Shown here piece after piece: positions 16,399 through 25,668 of a stretch of DNA of 64,000 nt. The stretch spans positions 612-64,611 of the forward strand of contig CAVZZS010000010.1 in assembly GCA_963779925.1 (NCBI GenBank), given 5' to 3'. The position numbers and the translations under genes were made by a program. Below the pieces are notes generated by a model that did no database searches, was not told where the DNA came from, and was given only the letters and a program-made list of their open reading frames with translations. Source of the DNA: an uncultured Nanoarchaeota archaeon (GTDB taxonomy: Archaea; Nanobdellota; Nanobdellia; Pacearchaeales; GW2011-AR1). Each line of letters opens with the position of its first letter. Positions within the stretch are counted from its first letter, which is position 1.

Positions 16399-17193
16399 AT
16401 GGAACAGTATCTTGATCTCGCAAAATATATTCTAGATCATGGAAAGGAAAAGAATGATAGAACAGGCACAGGGACAAAAAGTATTTTTGGTTATCAGATG
16501 CGGTTTAATCTAAGAGAAAACTTTCCGCTTTTAACTACAAAAAAGATTAACACCAAAGCTGTTCTTGAAGAATTATTATGGTTTTTAAGAGGAGAAACAA
16601 ATGTCCGGTCTCTTCAGTCAAAGGGAATTCATATATGGGATGAATGGGCGGATGAAAGCGGAAATTTGGGTCCAGTCTATGGAAAGCAATGGAGAAGTTG
16701 GCCAACTCCAGATGGAAAGTATATAGATCAGATAACAGAAACTATTGATAGAATAAAAAAAGATCCTGATTCAAGAAGGCATGTAATCTGCTCTTGGAAT
16801 GTAGCAGATATAGACAGAATGGCTTTGGCCCCATGTCATTGTTTATTCCAATTTTATGTTGCAGATGGGGAATTATCTTGTCAATTATACCAAAGAAGCG
16901 GCGATGTTTTTTTGGGGGTTCCTTTCAATATTGCGAGCTATTCAGCACTGACTCTTATGGCTGCGCAGGTAACAGGTTTAAAGCCGAGAGATTTTGTGCA
17001 TACATTAGGCGATGCACATCTTTATAAAAATCATCTTGAACAAATAGAACTGCAACTTACACGAACTCCAAGACCTTTGCCGCAATTGAAGTTAAATCCG
17101 GACGTAAAAGATATTTTGAAATTCAGATTTGAAGATTTTGAGTTTAAAGGATATGATCCATATCCATTTATTAAGGCAGATATAGCTGTTTAA
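16399..17193 (+). CDS. thyA: thymidylate synthase (ThyA type)
   Basis: Full-length match to ThyA blocks: [45 protein letters not shown]. Confidence 0.97.
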   Translation: MEQYLDLAKYILDHGKEKNDRTGTGTKSIFGYQMRFNLRENFPLLTTKKINTKAVLEELLWFLRGETNVRSLQSKGIHIWDEWADESGNLGPVYGKQWRSWPTPDGKYIDQITETIDRIKKDPDSRRHVICSWNVADIDRMALAPCHCLFQFYVADGELSCQLYQRSGDVFLGVPFNIASYSALTLMAAQVTGLKPRDFVHTLGDAHLYKNHLEQIELQLTRTPRPLPQLKLNPDVKDILKFRFEDFEFKGYDPYPFIKADIAV

Positions 17194-17194
17194 A

Positions 17195-17848
17195 ATGCCC
17201 GCAAAAAAGGGTTTATTCATTGTATTCGAAGGTGTTGATGGCAGCGGAACATCCACTCAAGCTCATAAGCTCAATGAAAAAATTAAGAGGCTTGACAAAT
17301 ATCAGGATGTTTTGGAAACTCATGAGCCTTGGAGAAACCAAGAGATAAAAAGAAAACTTAAGGAAGATAAAGATGCTTATTCTGAGCCGCTGGAAACGGC
17401 GGAGCTTTACATCGGAGACAGGACCGATCATTCTTATATTTTGATAAAACCAAATCTTGATGCGGGGGTAATTGTCTTATGCGTAAGATACAAGATGTCA
17501 ACGTATAGTTTCCAGCAGGCCCAAGGTCTCGATATTAACAGATTAATCAAAATGCACAATAATCGGGGCATTCTCACTCCAGATGTTACTTTTTTCATTG
17601 ATGTCTCAAAAGAAGTTGCAGAGGAACGAACCAGGAAAAGGGGCCCGCTTGAAAAGTTCGAGATAAATTCAGAATTTGTAGACAAGGCGATTAAGAACTA
17701 CCGAGAACTTGTATCCTTTTCAGAAAAAAATCCCGAATTATTGGGAAAAGTCATAAGAATAGATGGAAATCGTTCAATAGAACAAGTCGCGGAAGAAATT
17801 TACCAAAATTTTCTGCCGATTTACAATAATTGGGTTAAGTCAGATTAA
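17195..17848 (+). CDS. tmk: thymidylate kinase
   Basis: P-loop FIVFEGVDGSGTSTQ and a DR motif region. Placed 1 nt after the thyA stop. Confidence 0.85.
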   Translation: MPAKKGLFIVFEGVDGSGTSTQAHKLNEKIKRLDKYQDVLETHEPWRNQEIKRKLKEDKDAYSEPLETAELYIGDRTDHSYILIKPNLDAGVIVLCVRYKMSTYSFQQAQGLDINRLIKMHNNRGILTPDVTFFIDVSKEVAEERTRKRGPLEKFEINSEFVDKAIKNYRELVSFSEKNPELLGKVIRIDGNRSIEQVAEEIYQNFLPIYNNWVKSD

Positions 17849-17884
17849 TTTTATAAACAAACTATTTCTTCAAAATCGTATTAT

Positions 17885-17965
17885 GCCCACGTCGCATAAT
17901 GGTATTGCACAAGCTTGGAAAGCTTGGCCCGAAAGGGCTCGCAGGTTCGATTCCTGCCGTGGGCG
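17885..17965 (+). tRNA. tRNA-Ser (anticodon GGA), CCA not encoded
   Basis: Folded by hand. Acceptor GCCCACG/CGTGGGC. 3-bp D stem gca/tgc. Anticodon stem caagc/gcttg with loop ttGGAaa. Long variable arm gcccgaaagggctc. T arm gcagg-ttcgatt-cctgc. Discriminator G. Confidence 0.85.
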
Positions 17966-18044
17966 TCCAAAAAAAGGGAATACTTATTAATCTAAATTCC
18001 TCTTTCATATTATGTTTTGGAGAATGGATTTATAGCGGTTTAAA

Positions 18045-18656
18045 ATGAACATTACAAATCTAATAGGGATTGTTTCTTTTCTTTTATACTGTATATATTT
18101 CGTGCTGTTCTTCATGATACATCTAAAGAACAAAGAGTATAATGCAACAAAGCACGCAGTGAGCGACTATGACATTGGCAGCACGCACAAATTATTCCAA
18201 GTTTATATTTGGGTCGGCATCTTTGGGAGTCTGTCTTTGTCAGGAGCTTTCTTTTTGTCAGCAGATCCCATGTTCCACATAGTAATTCCTCTTCTCCTGA
18301 TCTCAATGGTTGTTTGCCGAATAGGATTGTCAATGTTCAAGACTGACATCGAAGGTAAAAAATTGACCCCGAAAGGGATTATCCATTATCTGTTTGCAAT
18401 TGGCTCATTTGCATTAGCTTATATTATCATTGCCAAAGTAGATGCTCTGTTTTTGAAGCAAGTATTGCCAAATGGAGTCAATCTGGCGATTCAAATTTAT
18501 GGTTATGCAATTATGGCTGCTCTAATTGGCGTTGGTATTACCATGTTTAAACCATTGCGCCGTTTCTTTGCCTTAATTGAACGGCTATATCTGGTACTTG
18601 TAAGCTCTTGGTTTTTAGTAATTAGCGCCGTATTTGCTATAATCGGCAAGTTATAA
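18045..18656 (+). CDS. polytopic membrane protein
   Basis: 203 aa with about six hydrophobic segments. Confidence 0.55.
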   Translation: MNITNLIGIVSFLLYCIYFVLFFMIHLKNKEYNATKHAVSDYDIGSTHKLFQVYIWVGIFGSLSLSGAFFLSADPMFHIVIPLLLISMVVCRIGLSMFKTDIEGKKLTPKGIIHYLFAIGSFALAYIIIAKVDALFLKQVLPNGVNLAIQIYGYAIMAALIGVGITMFKPLRRFFALIERLYLVLVSSWFLVISAVFAIIGKL

Positions 18657-18734
18657 TATGTCAAGCATAGCGGTTAATGATCATATCTTTTCAAAAAAGC
18701 AAATACTTATTAATTGAAAATTATCTTATTTTTC

Positions 18735-20057
18735 ATGGTTAGAGAAAAAATATTACTCGTAAGAGCTCCTAATTTATACAAATCGGATCAATGGAAAAAG
18801 CAAAGGGTACTAAGGACCCCTACAAATCTAGCTCTTCTTGCTTCGTATATAAGAGAAGAGGGAAATTATGATCCGAAAATTGTTGATTTTGAAACCTATG
18901 ACCTGAATAACATATCTGAAATATCGGATGTAATTCTCAGCCAGAATGCGAGATATATCGGTTTCTCTACATTGACTCCCCGTTTTCCGACGATATTGAG
19001 AATTGCCCAAGAAGTAAAGAAATCAGATAAAGATGTTAAAATCATAGTTGGTGGTCCTCATATTACTGGAAGGCCGCAAGACTGCAAGTATGGACCTATA
19101 GACTATGGAGTTATAGGAGAAGGAGAGCAGACATTTTTGGATTTGCTTGACAGTCTGACTTCAAAGCAAGATCCGCAAAACATTCCAAACTTAGTCTATA
19201 AGCAAGGGGAGAATGTAACAGTCAATCCAAGAAGGCCTTTTATCGGAGAACTGGATTCATTGCCCCTTCCCGCTTGGGATTTATTGCAGCTAAAAGAATA
19301 CTTAGACCCGACATTTTTCGAGGGCCCTCATGTTGGAATTTTTACATCCCGTGGATGCGCATATGATTGCATCTTCTGTGCATCTAAAGTAACATGGCAG
19401 CGTAAGATTAGACATAGAAGTATCGATAATATAGTTGGAGAATTGACCGAATTAAAAGATAGATGGGCTGTTAAAAATCTTTATTTTTACGACGATAATG
19501 TCGCGATAAATGAAGAACGTGCCATCACTCTATTTAATAAGATAAAGGAGATGAATTTCAAATATCAAATCCAGCTCAGAGCGGATTCTGTAACTCCTAA
19601 ACTTGCTTTGGCGCTGAAAGATTCAGGTTGCGTATCAGCAGCGATAGGTGTTGAAACAGGAAACGAGGAAATGCTAAAATTCATCCACAAAAAAGAAACA
19701 AAAGAAGAAATCAGAAGTGCGATTAAAGTGCTAAAAGAAGCAAGAGTCCCAGTTACAACCAGTTACATAATCGGCTTGCCGGGAGATACTAAAGAGACTG
19801 TAGAAGAAACAATACAATTTGCTAAAGAGCTTGATACGGAGCAGATGAAATTTATGCTCTTAACGCCCTGCCCTGGTACCGAAGTATATCAAATGGCTGT
19901 TGATGCGGGGAAATTAGATCCGGACGATTTAAAGCAGATGGAAAAGACAACCTTTTATGATACTACTGAAGTTAACCTTTCAAAATTAACCATTGATGAA
20001 TTGTTGCATTATCAGGATGTCGCATATAATGAGCTTGAAAAGCATGCAAAGCCCTGA
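18735..20057 (+). CDS. B12-binding-domain radical SAM protein
   Basis: N-terminal Rossmann-like B12 domain (IIVGGPHITG). SRGCAYDCIFCAS matches CxxxCxxC. ATG at 18735. Confidence 0.8.
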   Translation: MVREKILLVRAPNLYKSDQWKKQRVLRTPTNLALLASYIREEGNYDPKIVDFETYDLNNISEISDVILSQNARYIGFSTLTPRFPTILRIAQEVKKSDKDVKIIVGGPHITGRPQDCKYGPIDYGVIGEGEQTFLDLLDSLTSKQDPQNIPNLVYKQGENVTVNPRRPFIGELDSLPLPAWDLLQLKEYLDPTFFEGPHVGIFTSRGCAYDCIFCASKVTWQRKIRHRSIDNIVGELTELKDRWAVKNLYFYDDNVAINEERAITLFNKIKEMNFKYQIQLRADSVTPKLALALKDSGCVSAAIGVETGNEEMLKFIHKKETKEEIRSAIKVLKEARVPVTTSYIIGLPGDTKETVEETIQFAKELDTEQMKFMLLTPCPGTEVYQMAVDAGKLDPDDLKQMEKTTFYDTTEVNLSKLTIDELLHYQDVAYNELEKHAKP

Positions 20058-20097
20058 TTTTAAGAAAATTTATAAGTAATTTCTTCTTTAGAATCAA

Positions 20098-20481
20098 ATG
20101 AAAAGGGGATGGATTGATGTAATTCTAGTAGTTCTGGTATTCTTGGTAATTATAGGAGTCGTTTTAATAATACAAAGGGCAGCTCCGATTCATCCGAAAT
20201 CATCAGGTCACATCAATGTTTCTGTAACAGCAACGCATAATATTATCCTGGCGGATTATTCATTTACACCGTCACAATTGATAATAGGGGTCGGAGATAC
20301 TGTTGTCTGGACAAATAATGCCCCGACAGGGCATACGGTAACATCGGATAACGGAAATGAATTAAATTCTCCAACAATTGCAAGCGGAAGAACTTATTCT
20401 CATACTTTCAATACTGCGGGAACTTATAACTATCATTGTTCAATTCATCCCTCGATGATTGGTCAAATAATTGTTTTATAA
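20098..20481 (+). CDS. membrane-anchored cupredoxin (plastocyanin/amicyanin-like blue copper protein)
   Basis: N-terminal TM. Copper ligands are in GHTVTS and YNYHCSIHPSMIG (C-x2-H-x2-M). Confidence 0.8.
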   Translation: MKRGWIDVILVVLVFLVIIGVVLIIQRAAPIHPKSSGHINVSVTATHNIILADYSFTPSQLIIGVGDTVVWTNNAPTGHTVTSDNGNELNSPTIASGRTYSHTFNTAGTYNYHCSIHPSMIGQIIVL

Positions 20482-20526
20482 TTCTATTACATAAAATCTT
20501 ATAAAGGATTTATAGTCTATTTTTTT

Positions 20527-21165
20527 ATGACAACTAGGAGATTCGGACTTTTGGCTTTTCTTGGACTATTAGCTCTTTCTTCAACTTCTGAAGCGCAGGG
20601 AATTTATCTCAAAACCTCAGGCGGAGTATCTTTTGGTTCCGATAAGATTATAGAGAAGAATTATGGTACAATGCCCCTATTCAACATAGGAATTGGCATA
20701 GATGCAAAAAATGGATGGGCTGGCGAATTCGATTTTTTCCAAACCTCGAAACAAGGGCCGGTTATCAATTATTCAAGATTTAATGCTATTCCAAGAATGA
20801 TATTGCCATTTCCTGAAGATATAAGCAAAAGTTCAGAAATAGACGCATATAAAGTAGAATTGCGAGTGTCAAAATCTTTTGGTAAAAAAGGGGAACTTCA
20901 GTCATATGTGGGAATGGATTTATCCTATGAAATGGCTACCCAATCTGTAGCTGAAACTGTAAACGGAACGGCATCATCTTATTCATATGACATGAGCCTG
21001 TATGGTGCAGGAGTATTTGCAGGAGTAGTCATTCCAATTTCAAAGAATACTTCATTCTTTCTTGAAGGTCTTGCTGATGTTATACCTGTGCCTAATTCTC
21101 AAGTAAAAGATGCGACAGATTTTGGCGGAAATTCTGTTATTGTGGGAGTGGAATATTCTTTCTAA
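20527..21165 (+). CDS. outer-membrane-protein-like beta-barrel protein (OmpA/OmpW-size)
   Basis: Signal MTTRRFGLLAFLGLLALSSTSEAQG. First strand GIYLKTSGGVSFG. Alternating amphipathic strands throughout. C-terminal strand VIVGVEYSF ends in Phe. Confidence 0.65.
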   Translation: MTTRRFGLLAFLGLLALSSTSEAQGIYLKTSGGVSFGSDKIIEKNYGTMPLFNIGIGIDAKNGWAGEFDFFQTSKQGPVINYSRFNAIPRMILPFPEDISKSSEIDAYKVELRVSKSFGKKGELQSYVGMDLSYEMATQSVAETVNGTASSYSYDMSLYGAGVFAGVVIPISKNTSFFLEGLADVIPVPNSQVKDATDFGGNSVIVGVEYSF

Positions 21166-21166
21166 A

Positions 21167-21544
21167 ATGGTATCTTTAATGCAGATAGCTATTCCTCAAC
21201 CAAGTATAAAGGGAATAAAACAGATATTAACAGACCGGGGATATTATATAACTCCCGATTATGGTTTAATTAAAGAGAATCCGACAAGTGAATATGCGCT
21301 AGGCGCAGTAAGAAAAAGATCTTTTCTGTCTTATCGTCCTAAAAAATTGTATCATCCTGAAAAAGTGGTCTTTTCTTTTTCCATTCCGGAAGATGAAGCA
21401 ATGAAAAGCCAAATTGAATCAGAAGCGGGAAAATTATTGAAGATCTTAAATGAAGAATGTATTCTTTATGTAAATCTAACAGGAATGCAGGCTCATAGCT
21501 TATTTGAAATAGTTCCCAATAGGCTATATAGAGAGATAGCATAA
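21167..21544 (+). CDS. hypothetical protein
   Basis: The ATG lies 1 nt after the preceding stop. The upstream part of the track ORF overlaps the previous gene and is rejected. Confidence 0.45.
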   Translation: MVSLMQIAIPQPSIKGIKQILTDRGYYITPDYGLIKENPTSEYALGAVRKRSFLSYRPKKLYHPEKVVFSFSIPEDEAMKSQIESEAGKLLKILNEECILYVNLTGMQAHSLFEIVPNRLYREIA

Positions 21545-21574
21545 TTTTATAAAATCAGATATATCATTTACAAC

Positions 21575-21889
21575 ATGGACAAAGAAATAGGAAAAATCAA
21601 TAAAAATCCGACAACGGATATCGTGGTAAGGATTGATGATTTCGGCGATAGAAGAGGATTGACAATAAGGGAATATGTAAGCAGCGACAAATATACCGGA
21701 TTTACAAAATCTGGAGTAAGGATTCTTGCAAATGATTTCAAAAAATTCAAAGAAATGGTTAATTCAATTTCTGAAAGGGAAATGGAAGAAGGCCCATCCG
21801 GAAATGGAAATCACCAGGAAACATTTTCAGAAAAAGTCAAAACCGAAAAGCCAGGAATGGGAAAAGATTACGAATTGCCTGATTATTAA
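21575..21889 (+). CDS. PC4/p15-like ssDNA-binding protein
   Basis: IVVRIDDFGDRRGLTIREYVSSDKYTGFTKSGVRIL resembles the PC4 core (f.g...vdIRe...pTkkGi.l). Confidence 0.5.
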   Translation: MDKEIGKINKNPTTDIVVRIDDFGDRRGLTIREYVSSDKYTGFTKSGVRILANDFKKFKEMVNSISEREMEEGPSGNGNHQETFSEKVKTEKPGMGKDYELPDY

Positions 21890-21912
21890 TTCATAAGGTT
21901 TAAAATCTATTT

Positions 21913-22296
21913 TTGTATAATTTGTTCATGAAAAAAAAGGTAGTCAATGCATTAGCAACAATGTTTATTATATTGGTAATTGGAGGAACTTTATTCTTTG
22001 TAATAGAGAGACCATCAGCTGTTACAGTCTCTGCAGATGCTGCACAATATATCGGAAATCATTCAATAGTCTATGTCCAGGCAGGATGTGTACACTGTAA
22101 AGATCAGGAAGATTTATTCGGAAATAACTGGAAGTATATTAATTCATTAGACTGCATTGCCAGTCAGACAAATACACAGATATGCATAAATGAAAATATA
22201 ACAGGAACGCCCACCTGGGTCATAAATGGAAAACAATATGTAGGAGAACAGTCAATTCAAACATTGGAAAATTTAACAGGTTATATGGGTAAATGA
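21913..22296 (+). CDS. membrane-anchored thioredoxin-fold protein (CxxC)
   Basis: N-terminal TM. Active site GCVHC. Cis-Pro region TGTPTWVINGK. Confidence 0.7.
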   Translation: MYNLFMKKKVVNALATMFIILVIGGTLFFVIERPSAVTVSADAAQYIGNHSIVYVQAGCVHCKDQEDLFGNNWKYINSLDCIASQTNTQICINENITGTPTWVINGKQYVGEQSIQTLENLTGYMGK

Positions 22297-22997
22297 CAGA
22301 CGTTTTAACATTAGGAAAAATAACTTCTCTTGCATTGGTCAATTCTGTTAATCCTTGCCAGATCGCCATGCTTATTCTAGTACTGGTCGCAATCTTAACG
22401 CAAAATCCGGGAAAAAGAAAAAAGGTTTTATTATCTGGTTTTGCATTTATAGCTGCAGTATATATTGGATATTTATTCTATGGAATAGTCTTGGTTCAGT
22501 TATTCCAGGCATTTACAGAATTCTTAAGGCAAGGCTCAGTTTATGTAAATTATATCTTTGCGGCTCTTTCTATGCTCGTTGGAGGATTGCAGATTAAAGA
22601 TTTCTTCTTTTACAAAAGGGGAAGTTTTGCTACAGAAATGCCGCTTTCCTTCCGCCCAAAAGCAAAAAGGATTATCAACAAGATTACATCTCCAATCGGG
22701 GCATTCATTGTAGGATTTGTTATAACGCTTTTCCTGGGACCTTGCACGATGGCGCCATTATTGATTGCGACAGAATCTTTGTCGCAATTAGGGATACTTG
22801 GAGCGCTTCCATGGCTGTTGTATTTCAATTTCATAATAGTGCTTCCACTGATAGTGATTACGTTAATAATTTATGCAGGATTTACGACAGCAGAAAGTGT
22901 CTCCCAATGGAAAGAGAAAAATGTTAGAATCCTTCATTTAATTGCCGGAATTTTATTGTTCGGTATAGGGTTGGCTATCTTGTTGGGTTGGCTGTAA
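22293..22997 (+). CDS. ccdA: CcdA/DsbD-family thiol:disulfide electron-transfer membrane protein
   Basis: Six TM segments with the paired motifs NPCQIAML and GPCTMAPLL. The start overlaps the thioredoxin stop. Confidence 0.8.
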   Translation: MTDVLTLGKITSLALVNSVNPCQIAMLILVLVAILTQNPGKRKKVLLSGFAFIAAVYIGYLFYGIVLVQLFQAFTEFLRQGSVYVNYIFAALSMLVGGLQIKDFFFYKRGSFATEMPLSFRPKAKRIINKITSPIGAFIVGFVITLFLGPCTMAPLLIATESLSQLGILGALPWLLYFNFIIVLPLIVITLIIYAGFTTAESVSQWKEKNVRILHLIAGILLFGIGLAILLGWL

Positions 22998-23345
22998 ACC
23001 TTCAACTAATGCATCTAGATCTTTTAAACCAAAAGGTTTTCTCAAGTAGCCGCTTGCTCCAGCTTCGTCTAAGGCTTCCCTTGAAATTTCTCTGCCGCTC
23101 ATAAGATATAACGGTATATTCTTGCCAAAATCTTTTCTTATTATTTTTATAGCTTCAAGACCCTTGATAGGGGATCTCATATCGTTATCCGTAAGAACCA
23201 TATCATATTCAGCCTGTTTAATCTTCTCTAAAAGTTCCTCTGCATTCTGGCATGATTCTACTTCAAGGCCTTTCTGTTCAAGATAAGAACTAAGAAAAGA
23301 CCTGATTAATTCTTCATCATCGATAATAATAATTCTCTTTGGCAT
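22953..23345 (-). CDS. stand-alone response-regulator receiver domain (CheY-like)
   Basis: IIIIDDEE, phospho-acceptor context MVLTDNDM, conserved S/T in YLMSGR, and the K in LRKPF. Confidence 0.8.
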   Translation of the reverse strand: MPKRIIIIDDEELIRSFLSSYLEQKGLEVESCQNAEELLEKIKQAEYDMVLTDNDMRSPIKGLEAIKIIRKDFGKNIPLYLMSGREISREALDEAGASGYLRKPFGLKDLDALVEGLQPTQQDSQPYTEQ

Positions 23346-23393
23346 ATTATAACACTTTTAAGAACACTTTTAAAGTTTTTTATAAAAGAAAAA

Positions 23394-23807
23394 TTATTGG
23401 TATCTCTTGGCCGCTTCATTCATTCTTTGTTTAAATTCTGTAAGCCCTTCATCTTCTACAACACTACGCGTTTTTGTAGAGCTCTCAAGTTGACCATAGC
23501 CTGCAATTGTCTTCAATAATTCAGATGTTCTTTTTATGTCATTTCCATCTTCTAATCTTATTAAGTATTCTTTTGAAAGTTCCCCATGAGAGGTGTACGG
23601 GATTCCTTCCTCATCCATATAAGCTCTTAATGCATTATAGATATCAACTCTTTCCAAACTTAAAGTCGAACTTCCAGTAGTGGTACTATTTTCAAGAGCA
23701 TCCCAGGCGGCACGAGTCGTGGAATCAATATTGTCCGCATTTAATATAAAAAGCAAATTCTTCTTTTTTGAAGGAAGGGACTTTTGCAATATTTTTATGC
23801 TTGACAT
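23394..23807 (-). CDS. hypothetical protein
   Basis: 137 aa ORF directly upstream of the receiver gene on the same strand. Confidence 0.45.
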   Translation of the reverse strand: MSSIKILQKSLPSKKKNLLFILNADNIDSTTRAAWDALENSTTTGSSTLSLERVDIYNALRAYMDEEGIPYTSHGELSKEYLIRLEDGNDIKRTSELLKTIAGYGQLESSTKTRSVVEDEGLTEFKQRMNEAAKRYQ

Positions 23808-23827
23808 ATTTTTTTATATAGCTCAAT

Positions 23828-23837
23828 CTTTAAAAAT
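23828..23837 (+). promoter_or_regulatory. candidate TATA box (TTTAAAAATA) for infB
   Basis: Centred about 28 nt upstream of the ATG at 23861. Confidence 0.3.
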
Positions 23838-23860
23838 AAATCTATGTTTCAAGATATACA

Positions 23861-25621
23861 ATGGAACCCAAAAATATACGCCAGCCGATAATTACCGTAT
23901 GCGGGCATGTAGATCATGGAAAAACATCTTTGCTCGACAAGATTAGGCAGAGCTCTGTTCAGAAAACAGAAGCGGGGGGGATTACACAAAAGATCTCTTT
24001 TACATTATACCCTATAGACATGCTAAGAAAAGCTTTTCCTTTGATCGATGAAACTGGAACAAAACTGGATATCCCTGGTTTCTTGTTTATTGACACGCCA
24101 GGACATGCTGCATTTACAAATCTGCGAAAAAGGGGCGGAAGCCTTGCAGATCTGGCGATATTGGTAATAGACATAAATGAGGGAATAAAGCCGCAGACCG
24201 CAGAAGTAATCCAAATCTTGAAATTAAATAAAACCCCTTTCATAATTGCATTGAATAAAATCGACAATATTTCAGGATGGCGTTTGTCAAAGAACAGTAC
24301 GAGGGATTTGAAAGAAAATATAGATTCGCAGCCTCCAAATATAAAGCAGCTTTTTGATGAAAAATATCTAACGCTTGTTGCCGCTCTTAATAGTTTTGGA
24401 TTTGATTCTGATTTATATTACAACATCTCCGACTTTACAAAAAAGATTGCTCTTGTTCCCTGTTCCGCACGAACCGGAGAAGGAATTCCAGAATTGATCA
24501 TGATGCTCTGCGGATTAAGCCAGAAATATCTTCAGGACAAATTAACATTGGGCGAGAAGGCAAGGGGAGTCATTTTGGAAATAAAGAAAGAAAAAGAAAT
24601 GAATTACGTTGAGGCAATTCTTTATGATGGAGAACTTTCAAGAAAAGATGAAATTGCTGTCGCAGATTTGGATGGGAAAGCGATAATAACAAAGATCAGA
24701 CTGCTAGAAGAAATTCTTCCCTTGAGTTCAAAATTCTTCTCAAAGGAGGAAGTGAAAGCAGCAACAGGATTAAGACTGCAGTTGATTGAAAAGGCAGAAA
24801 TTCTTCCAGGAATGCCTTTTGTTGAATTTTCAGGCAATAAAGAAGAGATTGAAAAAACATTCAAGAAGGAAATTTCTGAAAATATAAAGACAGACAAGCA
24901 GGGGATAATTGCAAAGGCGGATTCTCTTGGAAGCTTGGAAGCTCTTCTCTTTTTGCTGCGGCAAAGCAATATTCCAATTGTTAAAGCGGGAATCGGGAAA
25001 ATAAGCAAGACAGATATAATTTCTGCAAAGGCCAGTCTTGAAATCAACGAGTTGGATACTGTAATTGTAGGATTTAATGTTTCAATAGATGAAGAGGCAA
25101 AAGCTCTTGCGGAACAAGGTACGAAAGTAAAAATTATCACCGATGATGTTGTATACAAATTAATCGAGAATCTGGTTGAATTCAGGGAAGCAAAAGGAAG
25201 GGAAATAGAAAAGAAAAGGCTGATGAGCCTCGCCTCTCTCTGCAAAATAAAGATTCTGCCCCAGTATGTTTTCAGAAATACAAGTCCTGCAATTTTTGGA
25301 ATAAGAGTTGAAGCTGGAAAATTGGTGCATGGCGTAAGTTTGATTGATAAAAGTGATGAAAAAGCAGGAAGAATAAAAAATATCCAATCCGAAAATCATT
25401 CCGTAGACGAAGCAACAGAAGGCATGGAAGTTGCAGTTTCAATTCCCGGTTCAAATTTTGAAAGAAAATTAAAAGACAAGGAATTTTTATATTCAGATAT
25501 TTCGGATTCGCAGTTTAGGAATTTCAGGAAGAACAAAGATCTATTGTCTTCGCAGGAAATTTCTGCATTGCAGGAAATCGCAGTAATCAAGCGAGAGAAA
25601 AATCCGGAATGGGGAAAATAG
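23861..25621 (+). CDS. infB: translation initiation factor aIF5B (IF2 homologue)
   Basis: GHVDHGKTSLLD, DTPGH and NKID G-motifs. At 586 aa the length and domain order are those of aIF5B. Confidence 0.95.
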   Translation: MEPKNIRQPIITVCGHVDHGKTSLLDKIRQSSVQKTEAGGITQKISFTLYPIDMLRKAFPLIDETGTKLDIPGFLFIDTPGHAAFTNLRKRGGSLADLAILVIDINEGIKPQTAEVIQILKLNKTPFIIALNKIDNISGWRLSKNSTRDLKENIDSQPPNIKQLFDEKYLTLVAALNSFGFDSDLYYNISDFTKKIALVPCSARTGEGIPELIMMLCGLSQKYLQDKLTLGEKARGVILEIKKEKEMNYVEAILYDGELSRKDEIAVADLDGKAIITKIRLLEEILPLSSKFFSKEEVKAATGLRLQLIEKAEILPGMPFVEFSGNKEEIEKTFKKEISENIKTDKQGIIAKADSLGSLEALLFLLRQSNIPIVKAGIGKISKTDIISAKASLEINELDTVIVGFNVSIDEEAKALAEQGTKVKIITDDVVYKLIENLVEFREAKGREIEKKRLMSLASLCKIKILPQYVFRNTSPAIFGIRVEAGKLVHGVSLIDKSDEKAGRIKNIQSENHSVDEATEGMEVAVSIPGSNFERKLKDKEFLYSDISDSQFRNFRKNKDLLSSQEISALQEIAVIKREKNPEWGK

Positions 25622-25668
25622 GTAGTGTAGTTCACAAACCTTTTTAAGGGATATTTCAGAGTTCATAC

